Made by a program: the position numbers and the translations under genes | The notes under the pieces: generated by a model | What the model saw: the letters and a program-made list of their open reading frames with translations, nothing else | Database searches by the model: none | Told to the model about the DNA's origin: nothing | Source: Haliotis rubra | Lineage: Eukaryota | DNA length: 64,000 nucleotides | NCBI RefSeq assembly: GCF_003918875.1 | Contig: NW_025764899.1 | Coordinates: forward strand, 62,001-126,000 | Direction: 5' to 3' | Shown: in pieces, positions 48,901 through 60,263 of the stretch | Position numbering within the stretch: the stretch's first letter is position 1 | Layout of the letters: each line of letters starts with the position of its first letter

Positions 48901-51900
48901 GTACGACATCTGCCCTCAACTCTATAGCAATACGCCCAACACTTCGATTGCCAATCTTGATGTCAAAGTAGACTTGGGGATTTGTACGGGATTTCTTGGG
49001 GGCTGACACTGCAGTCTAAGGAAGAATAGCTTCAATTAAAGTACTGTCGGAAATACAAAAAAAACTGTTTATAGGCTGTCACTCTGTATCCCTAAAATTG
49101 ACACAACTGCAAATAGCAAATGTCGAAATAACCCACTTCAGCCTAACTTGGCATTCAGTGGGATGCGTAATAGAATATCCAGAAAAAAAGCTTCAATTAA
49201 ATTACTGTCGGAAATAGAAAAAAACTGTTTTTAGGCTGTTACTCTGTATCCCTAAAATTGACACAACTGCAAAAAGAAAATGTCGAAATACTCCACTTCG
49301 GCCTAACTTGGCATTCAGTGGGATGCGTAATAGAATATCCAGAAAAGCATGTTTACTCGTAAAATCGGGCAAAACTTACGAATAGCTGCTGAAAACAATA
49401 GATCAGACCATAGATGGCAATTAGGTCACTCAGCCAGGTATGACGACGGACCGTCGACTCACCTGGCATGAAATGCATGTGCTGCCTACAGGCACAAGGG
49501 GTCATCTCAAAGATATTTTGTGCTTTTTCAGGTATGTTGACTATGCCTCATCTATTGATTAACATCTTACGTGTCTTTCTTGCATGAATTTTGTTGAGAT
49601 ATGTAAAAGAGTATGATACCTGATAACTATAGAGACGCATCGTATTGAAGGTATTAGGTGGCATGACCACCCGATCGGGAAGAACGAGAGGCCTAGGACT
49701 GGATATTATTTGTAAATTGTTATGACATGCCCTGTACTTCCCCAGTATAATTGCCCTAAAGGATTATCTTATCTTAGCTGATATCTCTATCCCCAAGCCC
49801 GATCCCAACGATCATCTGCAACACCCATCCAGGTTTTGCTTTTGAGACAAACCCTCCTATCTGTTTCTTTTTATAGTGACAGTGAGATTCCACGGTAGCT
49901 ACATCCTTAATAGTTTCAGCATGAAAGTTATTATTTTTCATGCCAGCTATCGTTTATAATGAAGCTACGTCTTATTTCAAACTGAGAATTTAAAAAGTGT
50001 CCTTTGTAATACAATATTGTCGCACACTAATTTGCATAAAGCCATGGTCTGTTCCAAATAATTCGCTTTGGACTTAGAAAAAACCCGCATTGCTCATTTC
50101 TGCACTAATCTCTCCTCAGTAAAGTCCTTTTTCTACGTTTCTTAGGTCCCTACCACTAGGGCTTCCACGGGTACTCGAGTACTTGAGGACGAGTCGGGTT
50201 TAGCTGGACTCGAGTCCATTTTCAAGGACTCGAGGACTCGAAAAGGGGAGATAACTCGGATTATTTGACGTTGACAGACTGTCTGCCATGTGCTGAGCAT
50301 GAGCGGCCATTAACATCTAATATTATGACAAAGATATAACTTTATTATCCCGGGGGGGAAATTCTCATACATCCAAACTGTCTCAAAATATATATATACA
50401 CAGTTCACAAAAATATACACAATAATTACATGCTCAAAACGAATGCTATTTATAAATAAAACTGACATGATATAATTCAATTAACCACATAGGTAAAGAG
50501 GATGAATAATTCTAGTTCTAATCACATGATGGTGATTCAAAATATTTGTTGCATTCACGAATACTTGATGGTATGAAAGACTGTCGAGCTCTGTTTTGAG
50601 GGAAGGTAATCGACAGCAGCGTCCAGAATGAAGTAGTTCAAAATGATGAGACCAAATATGTCAACTGTCAAATCTAATTTTAGCTGTCCTTTTTACTATA
50701 CTCAAAATACACTCCAGAAATTTTGCAAGCAGTATTAACAATTTTGAAAAGTCTGTTTTTGTTAAGATGAGACAGATCCCTATACCAACATAGAAAATTG
50801 TAGGTCAACACACTTTGAATAAAGGTTTGATAAAAAACTGTCATTACGGTTTTGTCAATACCTTGACGATAATAATGTTAGAATCAGAAATTAGGCAAGT
50901 AACAGTGGCATCATCTGAAAATTTCACAGTAAACAGTCATATATTGACAAGTAACAGGCATTGGTATACAAAACGAAGAGTACGGATGAAGGAACACAGC
51001 CTTGTGGATCTCCAGTAGAAGTTGAGAGAAAAGAAGATTGATAGCCGTTGACACTGACATACTGAGTTCTGTGTACCCTGAATTCTTTAACCCATCTGAT
51101 AATGTTTTTATTAACACCTAGATTAAATAGTTTCCTCCTCACACGGTGTGGCTGTATAGTATTAGTTGCTACAAGTCTGCAGATGAGAGTACATGTAAAA
51201 ATAATACATCGATTGAGATTTCACTTCTTAAAATGATTAGGTAACTATCTTGACAATTGATCGTTTTCTTGAAAGGTATGAATTTCGAGTACTCGGGTCC
51301 GAGTCGAGTCTCACCCCTCGAGTACTCGAGTCCAAAAAAATGGACTCGTTGAAGCCCTACCTACCACTGAGACTTGTAGTTAGGCCGAACTTAGTTTAAC
51401 AGATACTCCACACTTGCACATAAATCTACATAAATTGTAGAGAAAATACAGTTTTTTTCTATTTCCGACAGTACTTTAAAAACATGGTAGTATTTGAGGC
51501 TACGGCCTTTCAACTTCATCATGTAATGTGGGTGAAAGTCTGTCACACAGCAAATATTGTTGAGTGCAGCATCAAACAATTGACAGAAGTTTGACAGTGT
51601 TATCATATTATCAGAACTACGTTACTATGGTTACTTGAGCAGTTCATAGCACATACCTCTTCTGTGTCTTCTGCAGGTCTCTTTGTTCCATGCTCTCCTT
51701 CCCTTCCCCCATCCTCTTCCTCCCCTTCTCCTTCCTCCCCTTCTCCTTCCTTCTTCTCTAGCGTCTCCCCAGAGTGTTCCTGTAGCCATGTATCCTCCGC
51801 CCACACTGAAGGTCAAGCAAGGTCAGTGTTAGTAGAACATTACACACTGAAGGTCAAGCAAGGTCAGTGTTAGTAGCAAGTTTCACACTGGAGGTCAAGC

Positions 51901-54900
51901 AAGGTCAGAGTTAGAAGCACATTTCACACTGAAGGTCAAGCAAGGTCAGTGTTAGTAGCACATTTCACACTGAAGGTCAAGCAAGGTCAGTGTTAGTAGC
52001 ACATTACACACTGAAGGTCAAGCAAGGTCAGTGTTTAGTAGCACATTACAAACTGAAGGTCAAGCAAGGTCAGTGTTAGTAGCACATTTCACACTGAAGG
52101 TCAAACAAAGTCAGTGTTAGTAGCACATTACAAACTGAAGGTAAAGCAAGGTCAGTGTTAGTAGCACATTTCACACTGAAGGTCAAGCAAGGTCAGTGTT
52201 AGTAGCACATTTCACACTGAAAGTCAAACAAAGTCAGTGTTAGTAGCACATTACAAACTGAAGGTCAAGCAAAGTCAGTGTTAGTAGCACATTTCACACT
52301 GAAGGTCAAGCAAGGTCAGTGTTAGTAGCACATCTCACACTGAAGGTCAAACAAAGTCAGTGTTAGTAGCGCATTACACACTGAAGGTCAAGCAAGGTCA
52401 GTGTTAGTAGCACATTTCACACTGAAGGTCAAGCAAGGTCAGTGTTAGTAGCACATTACAAACTGAAGGTCAAGCAAGGTCAGTGTTAGTAGCATATTTC
52501 ACACTGAAGGTCAAACAAAGTCAGTTAGTAGCACATTACAAACTGAAGGTCAAGCAAGGTCAGTGTTAGTAGCAAATTTCACACTGAAGGTCAAGCAAGG
52601 TCAGTGTTATTAGCATATTTCACACTGAAGGTCAAACAAAGTCTGTGTTAGTAGCGCATTACAAACTGAAGGTCAAGCAAGGTCAGTGTTAGTAGCACAT
52701 TTCACACTGAAGGTCAAACAAAGTCAGTGTTAATAGCACATTACAAACTGAAGGTCAAGCAAGGTCAGTGTTAGTAGCACATTTCACACTGAAGGTCAAA
52801 CAAAGTCAGTGTTAGTAGCGCATTACAAACTGAAGGTCAAGCAAGGTCAGTGTTAGTAGCACATTTCACACTGAAGGTCAAACAAGGTCAGTGTTAGTAG
52901 CACATTTCACACTGGAGGTCAAACAAAGTCAGTGTTAGTTGCGCATTACAAACTGAAGGTCAAGCAAGGTCAGTGTTAGTAGCACATTTCACACTGAAGG
53001 TCAAGCAAGGTCAGTGTTAGTAGCACATTACAAACTGAAGGTCAAGCAAGGTCAGTGTTAGTAGCACATCTCACACTGAAGGTCAAACAAAGTCAGTGTT
53101 AGTAGCGCATTACAAACTGAAGGTGGAACAGCGTAGTAACTGTGACAGTGAAGGTGAGATTCAGCACAAGAAACATACAACACAAGGAGTGTCAGACTCA
53201 CTGGTACACAAGGAGTGTCAGACTCACTGGTACACAAGGAGTGTCAGACTCACTGGTACACAAGGAGTGTCAGACTCACTGGTACACAATGATTGTCAGA
53301 ATCAGCAGTAGCCACATAAGAGGAATTGAAGGCCAAAAGATAATATCCTAACAATATTGTGCAAGTATACTATCTGACTGACTGAGTTTAGTTTTACGCC
53401 GCTTTTAGCAATATTCCAGCAATATCACAGCGGGGGACACCAGAAATGGGCTTGACACATTGTGCCCATGTGGAGAATCGAACCCGGGTCTTCGGCGGGA
53501 CGAGCCAACGCTTTAACCACTAGGCTACCCCACCGCCCCGCAATTATACTATCACTATAATGACAAACTAAATAAAATCACCATTGACATAAGCAGGAAC
53601 TTCAACGGAATAGTTCAACTCAACCGGGAATCAGTAGTGCATGTTCATTGTTTCTAATCATGTGACGTATCCTGCTACAGATTCACCAGTCTCCACTGGT
53701 TACTATCTAAAACCAGGTATTCCGTTAACACAATCAGTTAGAATCTGGGTGTGAACCAGTGACTCCAGGTTTCAAGCATCCCTAAGGCAATGTAAATTGA
53801 AAGGGTAAGTTTGCTGGGAACATTTGTCATCTGTCACTTGTGAACAGCTAATGCTGGTATATGCAGCCTGTAAACAATCAAGTCCGGGCCAAAGAATAAC
53901 AAAAGGAAGCAACTGTGCAAATTGCGTGGTGAGACAGCCAAGCATGACCTGAAATATTTTGATAAAGTTGAGAAACAATCCATGAACATCTGGCACGATG
54001 CCAATTTGCCCCTCCCTACCATTATGCTGACAGAGTTCGACTACTTCCTGGTCCTGTTACATCCTCCTGATGACCTACCTGGTCTACCTGACCCTCCTTG
54101 ATCTTCATTGGCTTGGCCAGGTTCACTCGGATTGTCCGCCCAAACAACTCTGAGTCATTCTGAACACAAGACAATTATCACTGGCCAGTAATAAAAACAA
54201 CAACACAAATTTCATAACAAAACAAGTGAAACAAACAAATATTGTCATTTGTTTACATAAACAATGTAATAGTTGGGGGGCAGTGGGGTAGCCCTGTGGT
54301 TAAAGCATTCGCTTGTCATGATGAAGACCCAGGTTTGATTCCCCACATGGGTACAATGTGGGAAGTCCATTTCTAGTGTCCCGGCCGTGATATTGCTGGA
54401 ATAATGCTAAAAGCAGCATAAAGCCACACTCACTCACTGTATTAGTTGGGAAAAATCTGTTTTCTCTATACACTTATTACTTGTTGCTTAATAAGAATCT
54501 TAATTGTATCAGATTGTGGCTGTTACAGAGTACATATGACACTTGTTCTTGATGTCAAGGACACAACCGTACCACCTAACATGGTGTTATGGACACAACC
54601 GTACCACTATATCATGGTGTTATGGACACAACCGTACCACCTAACATGGTGTTACGGACACAACCGTACCACCTATCATGGTGTTATGGACACAACCGTA
54701 CCACCATATCATAGTGTTATGGACACAACCGTACCACCATATCATAGTGTTATGGACACAACCGGACCACCTAACATGGTGTTATGGACACAACCGTACC
54801 ACCATATCATGGTGTTATGGACACAACCGTACCACCTAACATGGTGTTATGGATACAACCGTACCACCATATCATAGTATTATGGACACAACCGTACCAC

Positions 54901-57034
54901 CATATCATGGCGTTATGGACACAACCGTATCACCATATCACGGTGTTATATGGTCACAACCGTACCACCATATCATGGTTTTATGGACACAACCGTACCA
55001 CCATATCATGGTGTTATATGGACACAACCGTACCACCATATCATGGTGTTATGGATACAACCGTACCACCATGTCATAGTATTATGGACACAACCGTACC
55101 ACCATATCATGGTGTTATATGGACACAACCGTACCACCATATCATGGTCTTATGGACACAACCGTACCACCTAACATGGTGTTACGGACACAACCGTACC
55201 ACCTATCATGGTGTTATGGATACAACCGTACCACCTAACATGGTGTTATATGGACACAACTGTACCATCTAACGCGCAGTCATTTGTACTACCATACAAT
55301 AAGGTATGCTACCTACCATGTTGTCTATGGCTGCAGCAGAATCCTAAAAAGAGAGACAAATTACTATATACAATAAAGACTTATCAATGGTAAGCACAGT
55401 CATAATATACCTGTGTAATGTGACAAGTATCTGAACAGCAACTTAGGATAGACAAGTAAGTGATACTTATCTGCTTATTATCAAAAGGACTTCCATTTCA
55501 TCATCAAACTTTCAAAGGGTATTGAATATGACAAACACTAAAAATTACATCATGAAATAGTGAGTCAGAAGAGATGAGTCTTAAAACCTCTTGCACCTAA
55601 TAAGTGACAATATATCTTTTCAAATGCAGGGATTGGAAAAGGCAGGGGCCATTGGCCATTTTGCACATTAGAATAAAAAATGGCCCATTAAAATTTTGAA
55701 GTTTACTATTGATAAAAGGGCAGTGGCCGATTCTAAATTCTGAAAATGGCCCATTGTCAAGGTTCTCTATGCCAATCCCTGCAAATGTAACCAACTCTTG
55801 TTTATCATGTTTACTGGTATATATACTTGTACTACCTTGGGTTTGTGTGTGATGTCACAACCATAACTACTCATACTGTGGTGCAAAGTAACATAATTCA
55901 TAATCTAGTTGCACAAATTACATGCAGAATAATGGTTGCTTGTCCGTCCAAAATCTTTATCTTTTTAAGAGTTAAGTTACAAATTTGAGGCAATGTAAAA
56001 CAGTCAAACATAACTTGATGAGATAATGCTTCAAAATCATACTTATTTTAATGTACTGAACTGATATTTCAACTTGTCTAATGATTCACCATGGAAATAA
56101 CGGAGATAAAACATACCTCAGCAAGTTCAAACTCCACAAAAGCAAAGCCTCTGTGTTTTTCTGGAAAGAATACAGTGAAGTTATTAATTCAAATTGTGTG
56201 AGTGAATATTACTGGATGATACTTCAACACCATGGTTATTTCCTTGATTATGACTTGGACTCGTCATGCTCAAATATACCTCTTATCTACGAATCCAGGA
56301 ACTTTTTTGACTATTTTGGCTATTCATTTTTTACTCTCTCAAAATGCTATGTTATATGCTGTTTTTGTGTAGTTCAATAAAATAATAAACATTTATTTTA
56401 TATAATGTTGTATTATTTATGTTGGGCAAAATATCGTAACGCCAAACATATTACTATTATGGGCAAAGGTCCTCCCCTGTAAAAATTGATTCAACATGTT
56501 CTATGACCAAACTGTAGATTTGTCCAGCTTGAAGGTGATGGTGAGTCACAATCCTGTAAGGCGTGGTCTAGTTCATACCTGTTTCATAGTCCAGGGGTAT
56601 CTGGATATCAACTATGTCGCCAAATGGCAGGAAGGCTGCATGGAGGACTTTCTCATCAACCTCCTCCGCAAGACCACCTAATACAAAAACATGATCAATA
56701 AATAACCACCAAAACACATTACAAAGCACACTATCAACAAAACAAGTAGTTGCCTTTAGCTACAGGTTAATTTGTTAATCATTGAGACTGATAAAACAAT
56801 ACACGTTTTCAAAAATAGAGAAACTTCATCATAGTTCATGTTCAAACCTTATTTTAAAGAAACATTCGTTCTGAACGAAATTTGACCTGTATTCAGTGTT
56901 ATCCATGTGACACGTCACCGTCAAACATGTTAATATTTCAATTAATGTAATAAACCGTTTAATTAGAGATGTGTATGCGAGAAATAACGATTCTTATTAC
57001 CGACGTAGACGATACGCTTGTTACTGGTAGCCAT
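45953..57034 (-). CDS. PPIE: Peptidyl-prolyl cis-trans isomerase E (cyclophilin E / Cyp33): RRM + cyclophilin
   Basis: Exons 57034-57001 ([11 protein letters not shown]), 56677-56579 ([22 protein letters not shown]), 56160-56117 ([15 protein letters not shown]), 55343-55317, 54159-54079 ([17 protein letters not shown]), 51805-51657, 49015-48889 ([11 protein letters not shown]), 48490-48411, 48041-47936, 47385-47310, 46544-46478 and 46021-45953 (..VIANCGEFV*). One apparent 1-nt deletion near 54092. Confidence 0.96.
46720..47068 (+). mobile_element. SINE family C, full length, in a PPIE intron
   Basis: Head ccgtggtgtagtggttagagcg..ggttcgatcccc; tail (CCTCA)n. Confidence 0.9.
48042..48410 (-). 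other. U12-type GT-AG intron in PPIE
   Basis: 5'SS |GTATCCTA; consensus U12 branch TTCCTTAAC 9 nt from the end (..TTCCTTAACCTGCTGTAG|). Confidence 0.9.
49040..51475. mobile_element. Kolobok-like non-autonomous DNA transposon (TTAA target) hosting nested elements
   Basis: ttaa|AGTACTGTCGGAAATA..AAAAAACTG and CAGTTTTTTTCTATTTCCGACAGTACT|ttaa. The left ~160 bp is tandemly duplicated. Confidence 0.72.
50157..51359. mobile_element. hAT-type non-autonomous element with a nested LINE RT fragment
   Basis: TIR tagggcttc / gaagcccta with exact 8-bp TSD cctaccac. Inside (minus, about 50340-51170) is an RT remnant [32 protein letters not shown] (Rex1/CR1-group-like). Confidence 0.85.
51802..53125. repeat. 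41-bp minisatellite (about 32 copies) made of the PPIE exon 6 branch point plus acceptor
   Basis: Minus unit GTGCTACTAACACTGACCTTGCTTGACCTTCAG|TGTGAAAT; the last copy is the true acceptor at 51806/51805. Confidence 0.96.
53180..53300. repeat. 26-bp tandem repeat (about 4.5 copies)
   Basis: Unit cacaaggagtgtcagactcactggta. Confidence 0.9.
53374..53540 (-). mobile_element. tRNA-derived SINE (family A), full length
   Basis: Complete head-to-tail copy with flanking gcaa(g/t)tatactatc duplication. Confidence 0.92.
54276..54438 (+). mobile_element. tRNA-derived SINE (family A), diverged
   Basis: A/B boxes and family tail. Confidence 0.85.
54559..55272. repeat. ~30-35-bp minisatellite in PPIE intron 4
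   Basis: Unit ggacacaaccgtaccac(cat)atcatggtgttat. Confidence 0.95.
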
Positions 57035-57184
57035 GCTTCTTTTAACCGGAAGTTGACATTCACGTACCCTGATACTTCCGGATATGGCGTGTCCATTTTA
57101 TATTTCCCGCCATGACACTTCCCTGAGTGTTCGCTCTGTTCTCTATGTTTCAAATGATTGATTATTAGTGTGTAAAGTTATTAG
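57035..57184. promoter_or_regulatory. Compact bidirectional promoter region PPIE/SMC6
   Basis: Divergent genes; locally CpG-rich. ETS-type CCGGAAGT (57046-57053) and ACTTCCGG (57074-57081), ATGGCG (YY1-like), E2F-type TTTCCCGC (57103-57110). Confidence 0.65.
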
Positions 57185-58097
57185 ATGGAAGATGAAGAGA
57201 AAGTGGAAGCTCTATCGAAAGACACATATGGACCTTCTTCAGTAGTAAGGTGCGTTTCAGAGTCAACTGTTGCTTTGATTATTCTTCAGCTGTTTTTGGC
57301 TATGTTTGATTGCCAGGATATGATTATATAGTTACTATTTGAGTTGTCACTGCATACTTGTAATAATATTAATAATTGTATATGCCATTTTAAAATATTT
57401 GTCGCAACTGTCATGTAATCTGCATTATTAAATTCAATGACATGTACATGATATATATGCCTAAATTTATGACATACGACAGCTGCTATAGAGTTGACAA
57501 AACACCAGCTTGTGAGATAGATCTAGCCAGCAATTCTTTTGATTTTTTCCATTGCATTCGTCTACTCATGTGTATGTGTGACCTGGAAATTGAAAGTATT
57601 GAGAAATGACGAATACCTGCCATAATTATATGTATGCAGGAGAAATAAAATATTTCCTGTTCGTGTTTTTGATTGTATTTCCACCATCAGCAGAACATAG
57701 GACATTTGCTTTAATGATTTTTGGGGTATGTGTTGTGTCTGTGCTTGTCCTTGAGGACGCAAATCATGTATTTTTCGCATTGTTCATATGACAATTTTTT
57801 ATCAACCGTGAAAGAAAAGAATATGTTATTCCCTGTAACATGTACAATACATAAATGTAGTGAAGGTATTATTTCAAATGACAAAAAGAGTAAAGCAGCA
57901 ATCAACAAATGATCAAACAACTGAGTCTATAGACTTTGAACTAAGGCAATGCTGTAAATTCAAGTTTCAGACAAGACCATGTGACCACAGGTAACAGTTA
58001 TGTATTATATGCATAAGTTTTATTTAAGCACATTGACCGTTGTTGAAAAATTGTTGATTTGTTTGTTTTTAATTTCCAGAATTTCTTCCTAAGCACA

Positions 58098-59574
58098 ATG
58101 TCAAAGCGTCGCTTGACTGAGAGTGACAACCAAGCCAAGAAAAAGCGTAGGCATGATGCTGGAGAACCTGACCCATCCATGGAGGATGAAGATGATGGTC
58201 CCATCAACCAGTCACAGAACCCTGACTTCAATACAAGCCCGGTAGGTTCCTGAAACGTTGGGGTGGAAGCATTACTAACAGATGTGCTGCATCATGGGGA
58301 TTTTACAGGACGTTTTAGTCACCCCGCTCTATGTTCGCAATCCATGGTGATTGAATCAATTAGGGTCAAGCACTTCAGATGGTACCGCGGAGTGCACCTG
58401 TCTCGTGTACAAGAGACGATAGGCCATCTCGCGTACACGTTACGTCTCTGACTGATGTAGATATTACAAAAGGGCTAATGTAGTCACAAATAACAGTTGC
58501 TTAATTTTTTTAATAGAATTGTTTCAGCTGAGTTGTCGTCATTATGAATACATAAATATACTTTTCTTAGACATTGTTTATTTTTATTTGTTGTATGTTT
58601 TTATGTCAATTCAGTGACCTTCCCATCACTGTATGTTTTAAATCGACCTAAGCAAGACTACAGTTAGTTTTCTTCAATTGTTTACCAAGACACTCAAACA
58701 TTCTCTTCTCTCTTATGTGATCTCGTTATTTTCAGGAAGCTGAAGTTGGCATAATTGAGAAAATTAGTGTGAAGAATTTCATGTGTCACACTCGTTTGGA
58801 TGTCAACTTTGGTCCTCATGTCAACTTCATTGTTGGAAGGAATGGAAGTAAGTTGGTATCTTAGACTTACAAGAATTGTATTGGCATTGCAAATTTTATG
58901 GTATTCAAGACTTGATGGCAAGTTTTAGCAAAGGATACCTGGTTGAGATCTGTGAGTTCCCTGTAGTTGTACCAAAGCAAGATGGATGTGGTATAAGATA
59001 TATATCCTCATAATCATTGATTATGCATATAGTGTCGTCAATGAAGCAATACTTAGATCATGTAGATAAAAGCAACTACTTGGTAATGCTAATTTTCAAT
59101 AAATTGTAGCAAAATTGCTTCTCATTCATAGGAGTCCTGGAGTGTATTTTTTTAGCGAAAGGTCTGCTTGTACAAAAAGATATATATATATATGTTTATG
59201 TTTAGACATGTAGAGGAAATGGCAGTGAAAGGCTGGCTTCTGTTTTGACAATTGCCTACAGACAACATTTGACACCTCTAGTTTCACTCTGCCATCCGCG
59301 GTACAAAGTTTCATTATATGAGTAATGTAAAATACTGTACGTAGTTTTATTGCACTGTTTCCATTAGAAATCATCTTAAATCTTTTGTCAGTCCCACAAT
59401 GTAGGATGCATATTAAAGATGACAATCTCTGACTCACCCCTTGACTTCCCCCTGTGTTCCTGCAATAGGTGGGAAGAGTGCCGTGGTGGCAGCGCTGGTT
59501 GTTGGCCTGGGGGGCAAGGCCTCAGTGACAAGCAGGGGCAGCACCATCAAGGGATTCATCAAGAGTGGGAAAAG
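58098..59574 (+). CDS. SMC6: Structural maintenance of chromosomes protein 6, 5' part; continues beyond the window
   Basis: Exons 58080/58098-58241 (MSKRR..AKKKRR, NLS-like), 58736-58847 ([31 protein letters not shown]) and 59469-59574 ([32 protein letters not shown]). Walker A GRNGSGKS. Possible upstream exon at about 57185-57249. Confidence 0.93.
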
Positions 59575-60263
59575 GTCAGAGATCTTACAGTTTACACAGA
59601 GCTATGTCCTCATTTGCAAACATTTCTCTGTTCTTAGGTGTGTGAAGTATGTGCATTAGCATTTCTTCACTTATCTCAAGTCTGTAATATACAGTATTGT
59701 TGTTTATAGTTTACTCCACAGACTTAGATGATAGGTTTTGGATATTATTTTGTACATTTTCATCACATATATTTTCATTCCAGTTCTTTATTTACCCTTG
59801 GAACAGTTGTAATTCTCACATCTTACAGTTATATATATGCATGTTAATGGAAATGGTATGTCCGAGTTCAGGATGATATGTAAGAGGAAATTCTTTTTCA
59901 TATATTCCTCCTTGGGGTACATATAAGCATTTAAATGTCCATTTAAAATCCCTACGACAGTTGTAACAATATTTGAATAAAATATTTACAAAACAAAGAA
60001 CTACGAAACTACGTTTTGTCTTGTGAGACCACCCCTACAGGGCCCCGCAGACCCCTTACAGCCAAGAGCAGGTAACTCTAGACTATAACTTCGTACCTCA
60101 CTTATCATGCTGTCGTTCTATCGACCGGACATGCGTCCCTTCTCAAGAGTTGAGTTGAATTCCTTTCATGATGAGTGGTTCGGAAACAGCTACTGTATGT
60201 ATGGTTCTCTTTTCTTCCCTGCATGGGCGATTTAGAGATTGTTTCTGAATATTTTCATTCATC

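Noticed and set aside
54446-55272. MDTTVPPYH-repeat ORFs
   Set aside because: Minisatellite translation, antisense within PPIE intron 4.
45953-57034. Calling PPIE or nrf-6 pseudogenes because of single phase breaks
   Set aside because: All other exons and splice sites are intact and both breaks fall in short homopolymers, so assembly error is more likely.
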